The notes beneath the pieces are model-generated. The model searched no databases, was not told where the DNA came from, and worked only from the letters and a program-made list of their open reading frames with translations. Position numbers and translations under genes: made by a program. From assembly GCA_964492335.1 (NCBI GenBank), contig CAZBJX010000003.1:26919-90918 (forward strand): 64,000 nucleotides of DNA, read 5' to 3'. The stretch's first letter is position 1. Each line of letters starts with the position of its first letter. This document shows, piece by piece, positions 8,248-17,972 of the stretch. This stretch comes from an uncultured Dehalococcoidia bacterium (GTDB lineage Bacteria; Chloroflexota; Dehalococcoidia; UBA2247; RBG-13-53-26).

Positions 8248-9487
8248 TGGCTACCTGCAGAATGCCCAGTATCTCCGATATGGAATCCAGCTCCGTGGTG
8301 TTCCCGGTCGACTGGTTGGTCAGTATGAAGCCGGGCCTGCCCTTCTCGCCCCGGATCGAGAGGACCCAGCGGTGCCTGGTGGCCCCCTTGAAGCCCTGGT
8401 CCAGGTCGGCCCGGTAGCCGGCCTGCCTCAGGTGGCCGGCGGTCTCGAAGATGACCTTGTCGATGGGGCCTGCGCCGTCGGCCCGGACCAGGATGGTGGA
8501 CCGCCCGTTGTCCGGGGTGCTGGCGATGGCGGCCAGCTGGTCCAGGTCCAGGGCGAAGCCGCAGGCGGCCGCGTCTCCCCCTCCCAGGAGCGGTATGAGG
8601 TCGTCATAGCGCCCGCCTCCGCCCAGCCGGCGGCCGTCGTCGGTCTCGAAGCGGAAGATGGCGCCGGTGTAGTACTCGAAGCCCTTGCCCATGGCCATGT
8701 CCACCTGGTAGAGGCAGCCCATGTCCGTCAGCAGCCGGGCGATGGCCAGGAAGTCCTCCATGCCGGCCTCCAGGCTGGGGAAGTCCCTCACCAGGGCCGC
8801 CCTGGCGTTCTGGATGAAGCCCGCGGAGCTGCCGCTCATCCCGAAGAGCAGGGACAGGGAGTCCTTCAGGCGCGGGCTCTGCGCCCCCACGGCCTCTATC
8901 ACCGCGGCGGTGTTGCCGTCCATGATCTGGTTGAAAAGGCGGCGCAGCCGGGCCTGGTCAACCCCCAGTTCGCGCAGCAGCGACCTGATGAGCCCGGCAT
9001 GGGACAGGTACAGCGTGGTGCCGGTGATGTCCAGCTTCCGCAGGACCTCCTGGGCCAGCAGGACGAGCTCCACGTCCGCCGAGGGGCCGGCGCCGCCCGG
9101 CAGCTCGGCCCCGCACTGCCACCGCTCCCGGGACTCCGCGCCCGTCTCCTCGAAGCTGAAGACGTTCTCCACGTAGAACAGCTTCGCCGGCGAGCCCTGC
9201 TGCAGGCTGTCGATGTAGAGGCGCGCCGCGGGGATGGTGCCGTCGGGCCGCAGGACCACCCTCTCGCCGCTCCAGCCGTCCCAGTCCAGGAACGAGTAGA
9301 CCCGGCTCAGCCTCTGGGGAGTCAGGGTGCCGGCGGAGGTGAAGAGGTGCAGGTACTCCAGCGTGGGCGTCCGTATCTCCTGGTACCCCCATTTGAGGCA
9401 GCAGGAGCGGAAGGCCTCCTCGACATGCCGGAAGCTCTCCATATCCGGGGGAAGAAGGTCGCGATTGCCTTTGCACCTTTTCTGCAT
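8222..9487 (-). CDS. hisZ: ATP phosphoribosyltransferase regulatory subunit (HisRS paralog)
   Basis: Class-II aaRS-like catalytic core: DMESFRHVEEAFRSCCLKWGYQEIRTPTLEYLHLF, GGGRYDDL, FALDLD. No anticodon-binding-type C-terminus. Adjacent to hisG. Start chosen at MQKRCKG (ATG 9485-9487); MESFRHV also possible. Confidence 0.75.
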   Translation of the reverse strand: MQKRCKGNRDLLPPDMESFRHVEEAFRSCCLKWGYQEIRTPTLEYLHLFTSAGTLTPQRLSRVYSFLDWDGWSGERVVLRPDGTIPAARLYIDSLQQGSPAKLFYVENVFSFEETGAESRERWQCGAELPGGAGPSADVELVLLAQEVLRKLDITGTTLYLSHAGLIRSLLRELGVDQARLRRLFNQIMDGNTAAVIEAVGAQSPRLKDSLSLLFGMSGSSAGFIQNARAALVRDFPSLEAGMEDFLAIARLLTDMGCLYQVDMAMGKGFEYYTGAIFRFETDDGRRLGGGGRYDDLIPLLGGGDAAACGFALDLDQLAAIASTPDNGRSTILVRADGAGPIDKVIFETAGHLRQAGYRADLDQGFKGATRHRWVLSIRGEKGRPGFILTNQSTGNTTELDSISEILGILQVANATKTGPS

Positions 9488-9659
9488 GTGTCGCCTGTGG
9501 GGCCGCCGGGTGGAGCCGCAAGCTATTGTAGCATGGGCCACACACCGGGGCAATCGCGGCTGCGGCCTGTTCTCCGGGGGCGGTTGGCCCTGGCTTCCAG
9601 GGGCTGGCCGCAGGGCATGGGACGGGCGGCAGCGCGGGGCCCGGGGCAGCCGCCCCGGG

Positions 9660-9938
9660 TCAGCAGCCCAGGGGGCCGGTGTCGATGGGGGACTGGGTGA
9701 CGGACTCTATGATCTCCTGGGTGCGGCGCAGGTGGCTGAGGCTGAAGGAGAACCCCAGTTTCCTGAGGTCCCGGTAGCGGAGCCCCTGGTAGAGGCCCTG
9801 GCCGGCAACGCGGCACATCTCGTCGTAGATATGGGGCCAGTCCCGCCTCTCCCGGGTGCAGTAGAGGATGAAGCCGATGAGCCTGGGATCGAGTTCCATG
9901 ACTGCCAAGACTATAGTGCCGGCCGCCGGATAAGGCAA
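9660..9938 (-). CDS. hypothetical small protein (92 aa)
   Basis: Codon usage consistent with neighbours. MELDPRLIGFILYCTRERRDWPHIYDEMCRVAGQG...; no family recognised. Confidence 0.4.
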   Translation of the reverse strand: MPYPAAGTIVLAVMELDPRLIGFILYCTRERRDWPHIYDEMCRVAGQGLYQGLRYRDLRKLGFSFSLSHLRRTQEIIESVTQSPIDTGPLGC

Positions 9939-10071
9939 AGCGGCTGGAAGCGGTTGGCCTTCCTGTCCCGGCGGGGAGGCGGGGCCTTCGGCATGCGCCT
10001 CCCCGCCGCAAAGCTCAGTTTTTCATGCCCTCCACGTGGGGGAAACGCCCCTGGTCATATGTGGGGTCTAC

Positions 10072-10108
10072 ATAAAACGCAACGCAGAGACCGTAATCCG
10101 CGTTGCAA
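10072..10108 (-). terminator. rho-independent terminator (minus strand) ~200 nt beyond rnpB 3' end
   Basis: Minus-strand RNA: cuuuGCAACGCG-gauuacggucucu-GCGUUGC-GUUUUAUGUAG; 7-8 bp GC stem followed by a U-run. Confidence 0.5.
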
Positions 10109-10309
10109 AGTGGGGCTGGTGCCGGGTATCCGCGGGTCCGGGGGGGAAGGCCTCCGGCGGGGCGCCGGGCCGCGAGTGCCCGGGCCGTCCGCGCGCCCGG
10201 GGGGGAAGACGGCTTGCAGGGATGCTGACAAATTGTCGCATGCGTCCCACGGGCCGTGCGCGCGCCCCGGGGGGGAAGATGGCCGGGGGCGCCTTGGGGC
10301 GCCCCCGGT

Positions 10310-10700
10310 GACCAAGTAGACCTGTAAGCCGGGTTCTGTGGTCCTGCGTGACAGGACCGGTGACCATCTGTCTAGCCCTGCAGTTGCCCACAGGGTCAAG
10401 CAACCAACCCGAGGACATTCGGTCGGGCGGCCTTAGAGTCCTCCTATTCGGTCTTGCTCCAGGTGGGGTTTGCCTAGCCCGCCGGTCACCCGGCGGCTGG
10501 TGAGCTCTTGCCTCACCTTTTCACCCTTACCCCGGCGGGGCCGGGGCGGTATGTCTCTGTAGCACTTTCCGTAGAGTCGCCTCTCCTGGGCGTTACCCAG
10601 CACCCTGCCCGATGGAGCCCGGACTTTCCTCCCTTCCAGGATGAGGTCCCGAAACGGCGGTCACCCGGCCTGCTTGGTTCGGCCCCAGTTTACCACTTCG
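10310..10700 (-). ncRNA. rnpB: RNase P RNA (bacterial type A)
   Basis: Reverse complement contains the universal blocks GGAAAGTCCGGGCTCCATCGGGCAGGGTGCTGGGTAACGCCCAGG, GAAAGTGCTACAGAGA, GTAAGGGTGAAAAGGTGAGGCAAGAGCTCACC, GGAGCAAGACCGAATAGG, ACAGAACCCGGCTTA. Ends are approximate (+/-10 nt). Confidence 0.9.
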
Positions 10701-10710
10701 AGGGGAGAAA

Positions 10711-11121
10711 TCAAGGCCTGGCCAGCCTGTCCAGCGCCTCGTTGGCCAGGGCGTCGGCTTCGGCGTTCTGCTGGCGCGGTATGTGGACGATGCCGTAGCT
10801 GGCAAACCCGGCCAGCAGCCGCATGGCCTCTTCGTAGAGAGGACGGATATTCTCGTTGCGGACCTTGTACTGGCCGAGTATCTGCCGCGCCATGAGCTGG
10901 GAGTCGGTCCTGATGTCCAGCCGCAGGGCTCCCAGGCGGCCGGCCTCCTCCAGGGCGGCGATGAGCGCCGTGTACTCGGCCTGGTTGTTGGTGGTGCGGC
11001 CGATGAAGGCGGAGAGCCTGACGACGGTGGCGCCGCCCTCATCCCTCATGACGATGCCGATGGCCGCCGGCCCGGGGTTCCCCCGGGAGGCGCCGTCGAC
11101 GTAGACGGTCAGCCTCTTCAT
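10711..11121 (-). CDS. rnhA: ribonuclease HI
   Basis: Start [24 protein letters not shown]; RNase H type-1 catalytic residues (DGAS...E...D...NAEADALAN). Confidence 0.85.
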   Translation of the reverse strand: MKRLTVYVDGASRGNPGPAAIGIVMRDEGGATVVRLSAFIGRTTNNQAEYTALIAALEEAGRLGALRLDIRTDSQLMARQILGQYKVRNENIRPLYEEAMRLLAGFASYGIVHIPRQQNAEADALANEALDRLARP

Positions 11122-11822
11122 GAAACGCACAGCACGCGGCTGCAGCTGCCGCACTGCACCAGGTCTCCGGCCCGTGCCTGGGTCAGCTCGCTGACGGGTA
11201 TGGAGATGCGGCAGCCCTGGCACCTTCCCTGCTCTATCCGGGCCACGGCGCTGCCCTGCTTCGTCTGGCGCAGCTTCTCATAGAGATTGAGGTGCGCGGG
11301 GTCGATCCGGGACAGGGCCTCGTCCCTCATCCTGCGGTCCGCCTCCACGGCGGCCGCCAGCTCCGCCTGCTCGGCCTGCAGCGGGCCGCGACGCCGGGCC
11401 CAGTCCTGCTCTATGGCGTCGATCTCGGCCGCCTTGGCGGCCGCATCGCTCTGCCACGCCTCCGCCTGCCCCATCATCTCCAGGATGCGGTCCTCCTCCT
11501 CCCGGACCTGGGCCCGCAGCAGCTGCGCCTGCTTATCCATCAGGGCCAGCTCCCTGGGGGTGCTGCCGGAGACCCTGACCAGCTTCTCCTCGATGGGCTT
11601 GAGCCTGGCCAGCAGGTCGTCCACCGCGTACTCGGCCGTCCGCTGCTCCTGCTGCAGGGAGGCCTGCTCCTGGCGGATGGAGTCGAGCTCGGCCCTGGCC
11701 CTCTCCAGGTCCTCGTTGCAGGTGAGCTCACGCTCCATGCGGGACAGCTTCTCGGCGGTCTGCTCCAGGCGGACATCGATCTGCTGGAGGTCGTAGAGCC
11801 GCCTGCCCAGATTGACTGACAT
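11118..11822 (-). CDS. C4-type zinc-ribbon / coiled-coil protein (DUF164 family)
   Basis: 234 aa from [21 protein letters not shown]. Long coiled coil, C-terminal [10 protein letters not shown]...CGSCSRVL zinc ribbon. 4-nt ATGA overlap with rnhA. The upstream extension of ORF 11118..12698 is judged non-coding. Confidence 0.75.
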   Translation of the reverse strand: MSVNLGRRLYDLQQIDVRLEQTAEKLSRMERELTCNEDLERARAELDSIRQEQASLQQEQRTAEYAVDDLLARLKPIEEKLVRVSGSTPRELALMDKQAQLLRAQVREEEDRILEMMGQAEAWQSDAAAKAAEIDAIEQDWARRRGPLQAEQAELAAAVEADRRMRDEALSRIDPAHLNLYEKLRQTKQGSAVARIEQGRCQGCRISIPVSELTQARAGDLVQCGSCSRVLCVS

Positions 11823-11894
11823 TCTCACCCCGATCACCCCGGCCACCGGGAAGGGATTCCCCTGCCCGCGAACGGGCGACGCCGCGCCTGTCGG

Positions 11895-11924
11895 TTGAAA
11901 AGCGCGCTCGGTTTCCATTATAAT
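11895..11924 (+). promoter_or_regulatory. sigma70-like promoter of aspS (TTGAAA-18-TATAAT)
   Basis: TTGAAA 11895-11900, 18-nt spacer, TATAAT 11919-11924; GAGG RBS at 11937-40. Confidence 0.55.
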
Positions 11925-11948
11925 CCTTCCGAGAGCAAGAGGAAAACT

Positions 11949-13736
11949 TTGCTTAGAAGCCATAGCTCGGGCGATCTGACCACGGACCGCATCGGTCAGA
12001 CGGTGACGCTGGCAGGGTGGGTGCACAGGCGGAGGGACCACGGGGGGCTGATCTTCATCGATCTCAGGGACAGGGATGGCCTTGTCCAGGTCGTGTTCGA
12101 TCCGAAGGTGTCCCAGGGCGGGCACCGCGTGGCCGAGGGCCTGCGCAACGAGTTTGTCTTCCAGGTCACCGGGGTGGTGCGGCCGCGCCCCGAGGGAAGC
12201 CGGAACCCTGAGATGCCCACCGGCCTGATCGAGGTGGCGGCCAGCGAGTGCCGGGTGCTCAACGCGTCCAGGACCCCCCCGTTCTACATCAACGAGGAGC
12301 AGGAAGTGGACGAGGGGCTGCGCCTCAGGTACCGCTACCTGGACCTGCGCCGCCGGAGAATGAAGGAGAACATCATCCTGCGGCACCGGGTGATCAAGTG
12401 CATGCGGGACTTCCTGGATGAGCGGGGCTTCGTGGAGATCGAGACACCCATCCTCATCAAGAGCACCCCCGAGGGGGCCCGGGACTTCCTGGTCCCCAGC
12501 CGCCTGCAGCCCGGGAAGTTCTACGCGCTGCCGCAGTCGCCGCAGCAGATGAAGCAGCTGCTGATGGTGGCCGGGTTCGAGAAGTACTACCAGGTGGCCA
12601 GGTGCTTCAGGGACGAGGACCTGCGGGCCGACCGCCAGCTGGAGTTCACCCAGCTGGACATAGAGATGAGCTTCGTGGACGAGAACGACATCCTGCAACT
12701 GATGGAGGAGATGCTTGTGGAGCTGGTGGGCCGGGTCAGGCCCGGCCTGAAGCTGGCCAGGCCCTTCCCGCGCCTCAGCTACGATGAGGTTATGGAGCGC
12801 TACGGGACGGACAAGCCGGACACCAGGTTCGGCCTGGAGCTGGCGGACCTGACGGACATCGTGGCCGGCTCTGAGTTCGGCGTGTTCCAGGGCGCCATCA
12901 AGGGCGGCGGCAGGGTCAGGGGCTTCTGTGCGCCGGGGTGCGGCGGGTACACCCGCAAGCAGATGGACGGGCTCACAGAGCTGGCCAGGTCGGCGGGCGC
13001 CAGGGGGCTGGTGTGCCTGGCCCTGGTGGAGGGGCCGGGGGGGCCGTCCCCGGACCGGGCCAGCTCCGCCGCGGCCAAGTTCATCAGCGCGGAAGAGACC
13101 GGGGAGATGGCCCGGCGGCTGGGGGCCGGGGCGGGGGACCTGCTGCTGCTGGTGGCGGACCTGCCGGAGGTGGCCAACAAGGTGCTGGACCTGCTGCGGC
13201 GGGAGATGGCCCGGCGGCTGGGGCTAATGGACCGGGGCACGCTGGCCGTGGTGTTCGTGGTGGACTTCCCCCTGTTTGAATGGGACCCGGCAGAGGGGCG
13301 GTGGCAGTCATCGCACCACCCCTTCACCGCCCCGCGGGAGGAGGACCTGCCGCTGCTGGAGACCGACCCGGGCAGGGTGCGCGCCCGGTGCTACGACATC
13401 GTGTGCAACGGATACGAGTTGTCCAGCGGCAGCATTCGAATACATAATAGAGATGTGCAGGAGAAGGTGTTCGCCCTGCTGGGCTACGACCGGGAGCGGG
13501 TGCAGAGCCTCTTCGGCCACATGCTGGAGGCCTTTGAGTACGGGGCCCCTCCGCACGGGGGCATTGCCCCCGGCATTGACAGGGTGGCCATGCTGCTGGC
13601 CGGGGAGGAGAGCATACGGGAGGTGATCCCCTTCCCCAAGAACCAGGCCGGCTGCGACCTCACTTTCGACGCGCCTTCCGAGGTGTCGGATGAGCAACTG
13701 CGGGAGCTGCATCTGGCCAGGCGGGACGGCCCCTGA
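11949..13736 (+). CDS. aspS: aspartyl-tRNA synthetase
   Basis: Class-IIb aaRS: [24 protein letters not shown] (anticodon-binding OB), [23 protein letters not shown] (motif 2), [14 protein letters not shown] (motif 3). Likely TTG start at 11949 ([10 protein letters not shown]..., cf. MRTHYCG). The ORF-finder start 11895 lies inside the -35 box. Confidence 0.9.
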   Translation: MLRSHSSGDLTTDRIGQTVTLAGWVHRRRDHGGLIFIDLRDRDGLVQVVFDPKVSQGGHRVAEGLRNEFVFQVTGVVRPRPEGSRNPEMPTGLIEVAASECRVLNASRTPPFYINEEQEVDEGLRLRYRYLDLRRRRMKENIILRHRVIKCMRDFLDERGFVEIETPILIKSTPEGARDFLVPSRLQPGKFYALPQSPQQMKQLLMVAGFEKYYQVARCFRDEDLRADRQLEFTQLDIEMSFVDENDILQLMEEMLVELVGRVRPGLKLARPFPRLSYDEVMERYGTDKPDTRFGLELADLTDIVAGSEFGVFQGAIKGGGRVRGFCAPGCGGYTRKQMDGLTELARSAGARGLVCLALVEGPGGPSPDRASSAAAKFISAEETGEMARRLGAGAGDLLLLVADLPEVANKVLDLLRREMARRLGLMDRGTLAVVFVVDFPLFEWDPAEGRWQSSHHPFTAPREEDLPLLETDPGRVRARCYDIVCNGYELSSGSIRIHNRDVQEKVFALLGYDRERVQSLFGHMLEAFEYGAPPHGGIAPGIDRVAMLLAGEESIREVIPFPKNQAGCDLTFDAPSEVSDEQLRELHLARRDGP

Positions 13737-13791
13737 CGGTCCCGCAACGCGCCGGCGGCTGACGCCGGCAGAAGAAAGGGATGGGTGACAG

Positions 13792-15135
13792 GTGAAGACA
13801 TCAACAGAGAGCACCGAGAACTGCCAGGTGGTGATGAGGGTCGAGGTCGGTCCGGAGGAGATGGACGCTTCGCTCAAGCACGCCTACCAGCACGTGGTGA
13901 AGGAGGTGGCCATCCCCGGCTTCCGGAAGGGGAAGGCGCCCCGCACCGTGGTGGAGGGCTACGTTGGCCGGCAGGCGCTGCGCAAGGAGGCCCTGGACCA
14001 TCTGCTGCCCGAGATGTGCATGGAGATCGTCAAAGAGGAGAAGCTGGAGGTGGTGGCCCCGCCGCAGGTGGAGATGGTGCAGGAGGACCCGGTGGTCTTC
14101 AGGGCCACCTTCTCCCTGCGCCCGGTGATAGAGCTGGGGGACCACCGCGCCCTGCGGATGGAAAGGCCGGACCCCCGGGTGGAGGACAGCCAGTTGGACG
14201 GCTTCCTGGAGAACCTCCGGGAGCGCCACGGCGCCTGGGCGCCGGCGCCCCGGGCGGCGCAGTTCGATGACCTGGTGATCATCGATGTCACCCAGGCGCA
14301 GAAGGGGGGCGAGACCCGCAAGCACGAGGGCCAGCAGGTCCTGCTGATGAAGGACTCCGTTATGCCCCTGCCGGGCTTCTCGGAGCACTTGGTGGGCCTG
14401 TCCGCGGGGGAGGAGAAGGAGTTCACCCTGACCTATCCCGAGGACCACCGGTTGAAGGAGCTGGCCGGCAAGGAGTTCGACTTCCAGGTCAGGGTCATCG
14501 AGATCAAGGAGAAGCGCCTCCCCGAGCTGAGTGACGAGTTCGCCAGGAGCCTGGGGGAGGGCCTGGACTCCGTGGAGGCCCTGCGCACCCACGCCGCCGA
14601 CGTCTTAAGGAGGATGGAGCAGGAGCGCATCACCCGGGAGCACGAGCGCAAGGTGCTGGCGGCGGTGGTCGATTCGGCCGTCAGGCTGGAGTACCCGCCG
14701 GTGTTCGTGGAAGAGGAGATCAACCGGCTGATGAGGGACCGCGATATGGCCACCAGGGACCGGGGGGGCCTGCGGGCCTACATGGCGGCCCTCGGGAAGT
14801 CCGAGGAGGACCTGCGGGAAGAACTGCGGCCCAGGGCCGAGGAGCAGGTGAGGCACGACCTGGTGCTGGGCAAGGTGGCCGAGGCGGAGCAGATCACGGT
14901 GGAGCCGGCCGAAGTTGATGCCGACGTGGAGGCCATGAAGAAGGGGGCCGGCGAGGGCAACCCCGGACTCCAGGAGCTCTTCGGGACGGCGCAGGCCCGC
15001 GAGGTGCTGGAGAACAGGCTGTATGCCCGGAAGGCGCTCTTGCGGCTGGTGGATATCGCCCTGGGCAATGCCCCTGGCGGAGTGGAAGAGCCGGCGGAAG
15101 CCGGGAAGGAGGCTAATGATGGTGAAGCGGCCTAG
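13792..15135 (+). CDS. tig: trigger factor
   Basis: 447 aa, GTG start. Signature [15 protein letters not shown]; ribosome-binding N-domain, central PPIase, C-terminal arm. Confidence 0.88.
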   Translation: MKTSTESTENCQVVMRVEVGPEEMDASLKHAYQHVVKEVAIPGFRKGKAPRTVVEGYVGRQALRKEALDHLLPEMCMEIVKEEKLEVVAPPQVEMVQEDPVVFRATFSLRPVIELGDHRALRMERPDPRVEDSQLDGFLENLRERHGAWAPAPRAAQFDDLVIIDVTQAQKGGETRKHEGQQVLLMKDSVMPLPGFSEHLVGLSAGEEKEFTLTYPEDHRLKELAGKEFDFQVRVIEIKEKRLPELSDEFARSLGEGLDSVEALRTHAADVLRRMEQERITREHERKVLAAVVDSAVRLEYPPVFVEEEINRLMRDRDMATRDRGGLRAYMAALGKSEEDLREELRPRAEEQVRHDLVLGKVAEAEQITVEPAEVDADVEAMKKGAGEGNPGLQELFGTAQAREVLENRLYARKALLRLVDIALGNAPGGVEEPAEAGKEANDGEAA

Positions 15136-15739
15136 AGACATCATCCCCATGGTGGTGGAGACGGGGGCCAGGGGCGAGCGGGCCTTCGACATCTACTCGC
15201 TCCTGCTGAGGGAGCGGATCGTCTTCCTGGGCACCCCCATAGACGACCAGGTGGCCAACGTGATCGTGGCCCAGTTGCTCTACCTGGACCGGGAGGACGC
15301 GGACAAGGACATCAGCCTGTACATCCACAGCCCCGGCGGGTACGTGCACTCGGGACTGGCCATCTATGATGCCATGCAGCTGATCCGGTGCGACGTGTCC
15401 ACCATATGCATCGGCATGACGGCCAGCCTGGCTGCCATACTGCTCTGCGCCGGGGTCAAGGGGAAGCGCCACGCCCTCCCCCATGCCAAGATCATGCTGC
15501 ATCAGCCCTCGGGCGGGCTGGGGGGGCAGGCCGCCGACATCAAGATCCAGGCTGACGAGATCATCAGGACTAAGAACACGCTGGACGAGCTGGTGGCCAG
15601 GCACACCGGCCAGACCCTGGAGAGGGTGCAGAAGGAGACCCAGCGCGACCGGTACATGACCGCCCAGGAGGCCCTGGAGTGGGGCATCATCGACGAGATC
15701 ATAACCGGGAAAGAGGCCAAGAGCGAGGGGGCGAAGTGA
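15116..15739 (+). CDS. clpP: ATP-dependent Clp protease proteolytic subunit 1
   Basis: [30 protein letters not shown]; catalytic Ser in GMTASLAA, His in MLHQP, Asp in IIDEI. Confidence 0.88.
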   Translation: MMVKRPRDIIPMVVETGARGERAFDIYSLLLRERIVFLGTPIDDQVANVIVAQLLYLDREDADKDISLYIHSPGGYVHSGLAIYDAMQLIRCDVSTICIGMTASLAAILLCAGVKGKRHALPHAKIMLHQPSGGLGGQAADIKIQADEIIRTKNTLDELVARHTGQTLERVQKETQRDRYMTAQEALEWGIIDEIITGKEAKSEGAK

Positions 15740-15768
15740 GCGGGGACGTTATCGGGAGGAAAAGGACC

Positions 15769-16362
15769 ATGTCCAACGGCACGCCCATTGTGATAGAGCC
15801 CGGCGAGGGCGGTGAGCGCGCATATGACATCTACTCCCGGCTGCTCAAGGACCGGATAATCTTCCTGGGCGGAGTGGTGGAGGACGAGAAGGCCAACCTC
15901 ATCGTGGCCCAGATGCTGCTCCTGAACAGCCAGGACCCCAAGAAGGACATCCGCTTCTTCATCAACTCCCCCGGTGGCTCGGTCTCGGCGGGCCTGGCCG
16001 TCTATGACGCCATGCAGTCGCTGGGCTGCGACGTCAGCACCTACTGCGTCGGCCTGGCGGCCAGCATGGGGGCGGTGCTGCTGATGGGGGGCCGGAAGGG
16101 CAAGCGCTTCGCCTTGCCCAACTCCAGTGTCCTGCTGCACCAGCCCCTGATCCGCGGCAGCATCACCGGCCCGGCGACGGACCTGCAGATCGAGGCGGAA
16201 GAGATGCTCCGGGTGCAGTCCAGGCTGTACCGGATCATCAGCGCCAACACCGGCAAGCCCCTCACGCAGATCGAAGAGGACTGCGACCGCAACTACTGGC
16301 TGGATGCCGACCAGGCCCGGCAGTACGGGGTGGTGGACAGGGTCCTGGAGAAGATCGGCTAG
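15769..16362 (+). CDS. clpP: ATP-dependent Clp protease proteolytic subunit 2
   Basis: [35 protein letters not shown]; canonical GLAASMGA Ser, LLHQP His, VVDRV Asp. Confidence 0.88.
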   Translation: MSNGTPIVIEPGEGGERAYDIYSRLLKDRIIFLGGVVEDEKANLIVAQMLLLNSQDPKKDIRFFINSPGGSVSAGLAVYDAMQSLGCDVSTYCVGLAASMGAVLLMGGRKGKRFALPNSSVLLHQPLIRGSITGPATDLQIEAEEMLRVQSRLYRIISANTGKPLTQIEEDCDRNYWLDADQARQYGVVDRVLEKIG

Positions 16363-16453
16363 CCGGGGCCGGCCGGTCACGCCGGTCCCCCGGGCGACCC
16401 GTCACGTCGCCGGGAGTCCCTGCGGATGCCGCGGAGTCCTCGAGGGGGGCCCG

Positions 16454-17254
16454 TCACCCCGTCAGGCGGTCGATCTCCTCGGTCAGGTCGTAGCCGGGGA
16501 TGGCCCGTCCGTGGCGGTCCACTACCTTCTCGCCCTCGATGCGCACCTCTCCCCGGCTGAAGGCCTTGATGGTGGACAGGACCAGCGGATGCTCCCGGAT
16601 GACGCCCTGCTGCCGTATCAGCTTGAAGAGGGCGTTGTCCTCTCCCTCCCGGGCCTTCACCTGCTCCACCGGCAGGCCCTCGATCCGGGCCCAGAGCCGG
16701 TCGTAGGCCCCGCCGCGCAGCGGGAAGGTGCAGTAGGCCACCGGCGGGCCCTGGTCCAGCTCCGGCGTCACCAGGTGCATCATGGCCCCGGTGCCGGCGG
16801 CCTTCTCTGCGATCAGCTGCCAGATCACCTCCTGCCAGGTGCCCCTGGGCCCGCCGGGGGCGGCGGGGTGCAGGTTGACCATCTGGTAGCGGCGGCACAT
16901 CTCGGCGCCCACCACCAGCATGTATCCGGCCAGCACCGCCAGGTCCTGGCGCAGCCCCTCCGCCGCGAGCAGCCGCATCACCTCGCGGTCGTACTCCAGG
17001 CGCCACCGGTCCGGGGACCGGGCCTTGAGCTCGCGCCGGTACTTCCTCGACGAGAAGCAGACCAGGGGGATGCGGTAGCTCCTGACCAGGTCGATGAACT
17101 GGTCGCTGCCGGGCGCCTCGCCGGGATCGCGGCTGCAGAACACGAAGGAGATGGCAGCCCCCAGCGTCCCCTCGCGGGCCCTCTCCTGTGCGGCGGTGAG
17201 CAGCCCGCGGGAGCCCGGGCCGCGACCGGTGGAGAACCAGCCTACCCGATACAC
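16454..17254 (-). CDS. formyltransferase, PurN-like (phosphoribosylglycinamide formyltransferase family) with ~70-aa C-terminal extension
   Basis: 266 aa; WFSTGRGPGSRGLL (cf. LISGRGSNL), VLAGYMLVVGAEMCRRYQMVNLHPAAPGG (cf. VLAGFM...NIHPSLLP), GAMMHLVTPELDQGPPV (cf. HFVTDELDGGPVI). Confidence 0.7.
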   Translation of the reverse strand: MYRVGWFSTGRGPGSRGLLTAAQERAREGTLGAAISFVFCSRDPGEAPGSDQFIDLVRSYRIPLVCFSSRKYRRELKARSPDRWRLEYDREVMRLLAAEGLRQDLAVLAGYMLVVGAEMCRRYQMVNLHPAAPGGPRGTWQEVIWQLIAEKAAGTGAMMHLVTPELDQGPPVAYCTFPLRGGAYDRLWARIEGLPVEQVKAREGEDNALFKLIRQQGVIREHPLVLSTIKAFSRGEVRIEGEKVVDRHGRAIPGYDLTEEIDRLTG

Positions 17255-17263
17255 CCGGTCACC

Positions 17264-17926
17264 TCAGCTCCTGATGATTTTCTTCTTGATGTGCCTGATG
17301 AGGCCGGCCGTGTGCACCATGGGGCAGGTGTAGCGGCCGTGGACCCTTCCCCGGGCCAGGGACTGGCGGAAGGAAGCGATGTCGTCGAACTCGGGCATCT
17401 CCACGTATGCGTGGCCGATCTCGCCGGGGGTGTGGGCGTCGCTGCCCGCGCTCTGCAGCAGACCGTGCCTGGCGGCGAAGGCCAGCGCCTTGCCGTTGGG
17501 GTTGCCCAGCCGCAGTGCCCGGGCGTTGAAGACCTCCACCACGTCCAGGTCCTTGATGGAGGCCTCTATGCGCTGCTGGCCGCGCCCGGCGATGCCCCTC
17601 ATGTAGTCGAAGGGGTGCGGCAGGCAGACCAGGCCGCCCTGGGACTTGATGTGCTTGATGGCCTCCTCCACCGGGATGTTGCCGGGCACCTGCCTGGTGA
17701 GGAACATCCCCATGATCTCCCCCTGCGGGGTGATGAGGACCTCCTGGGCCACGATCACCCGGAAGGGGGAGATCTCCCGCAGCCGCAGGGCCCCCTCAAT
17801 GGTGCCGTGGTCGGCCACGGCGATGCAGTTGATGCCCAGGCGCTGGCAGCGCTCGATGACGGCCTCCGGGGACGTGTCGCAGTCGAACGAGGCGCTGGTG
17901 TGAAGGTGCAGGTCGGCCTTCAGCAT
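17264..17926 (-). CDS. PHP-domain metal-dependent phosphoesterase
   Basis: 220 aa; MLKADLHLHTSASFDCD...VADHG...PHPFD...GSDAHTP, the His/Asp metal-ligand pattern of the PHP family. Confidence 0.8.
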   Translation of the reverse strand: MLKADLHLHTSASFDCDTSPEAVIERCQRLGINCIAVADHGTIEGALRLREISPFRVIVAQEVLITPQGEIMGMFLTRQVPGNIPVEEAIKHIKSQGGLVCLPHPFDYMRGIAGRGQQRIEASIKDLDVVEVFNARALRLGNPNGKALAFAARHGLLQSAGSDAHTPGEIGHAYVEMPEFDDIASFRQSLARGRVHGRYTCPMVHTAGLIRHIKKKIIRS

Positions 17927-17972
17927 GGCGGCCTCCCCCGCCCCCGTGACGGGGCGGCGCGGCGGGCCGGCC

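Noticed and set aside
11823-12698. N-terminal extension of ORF 11118..12698 (526 aa) upstream of the DUF164 zinc-ribbon protein
   Set aside because: The extension runs antisense through the aspS promoter and 5' coding region and is low complexity. Family members are ~240 aa starting M..L..LQ.ID, matching the internal start at 11822.
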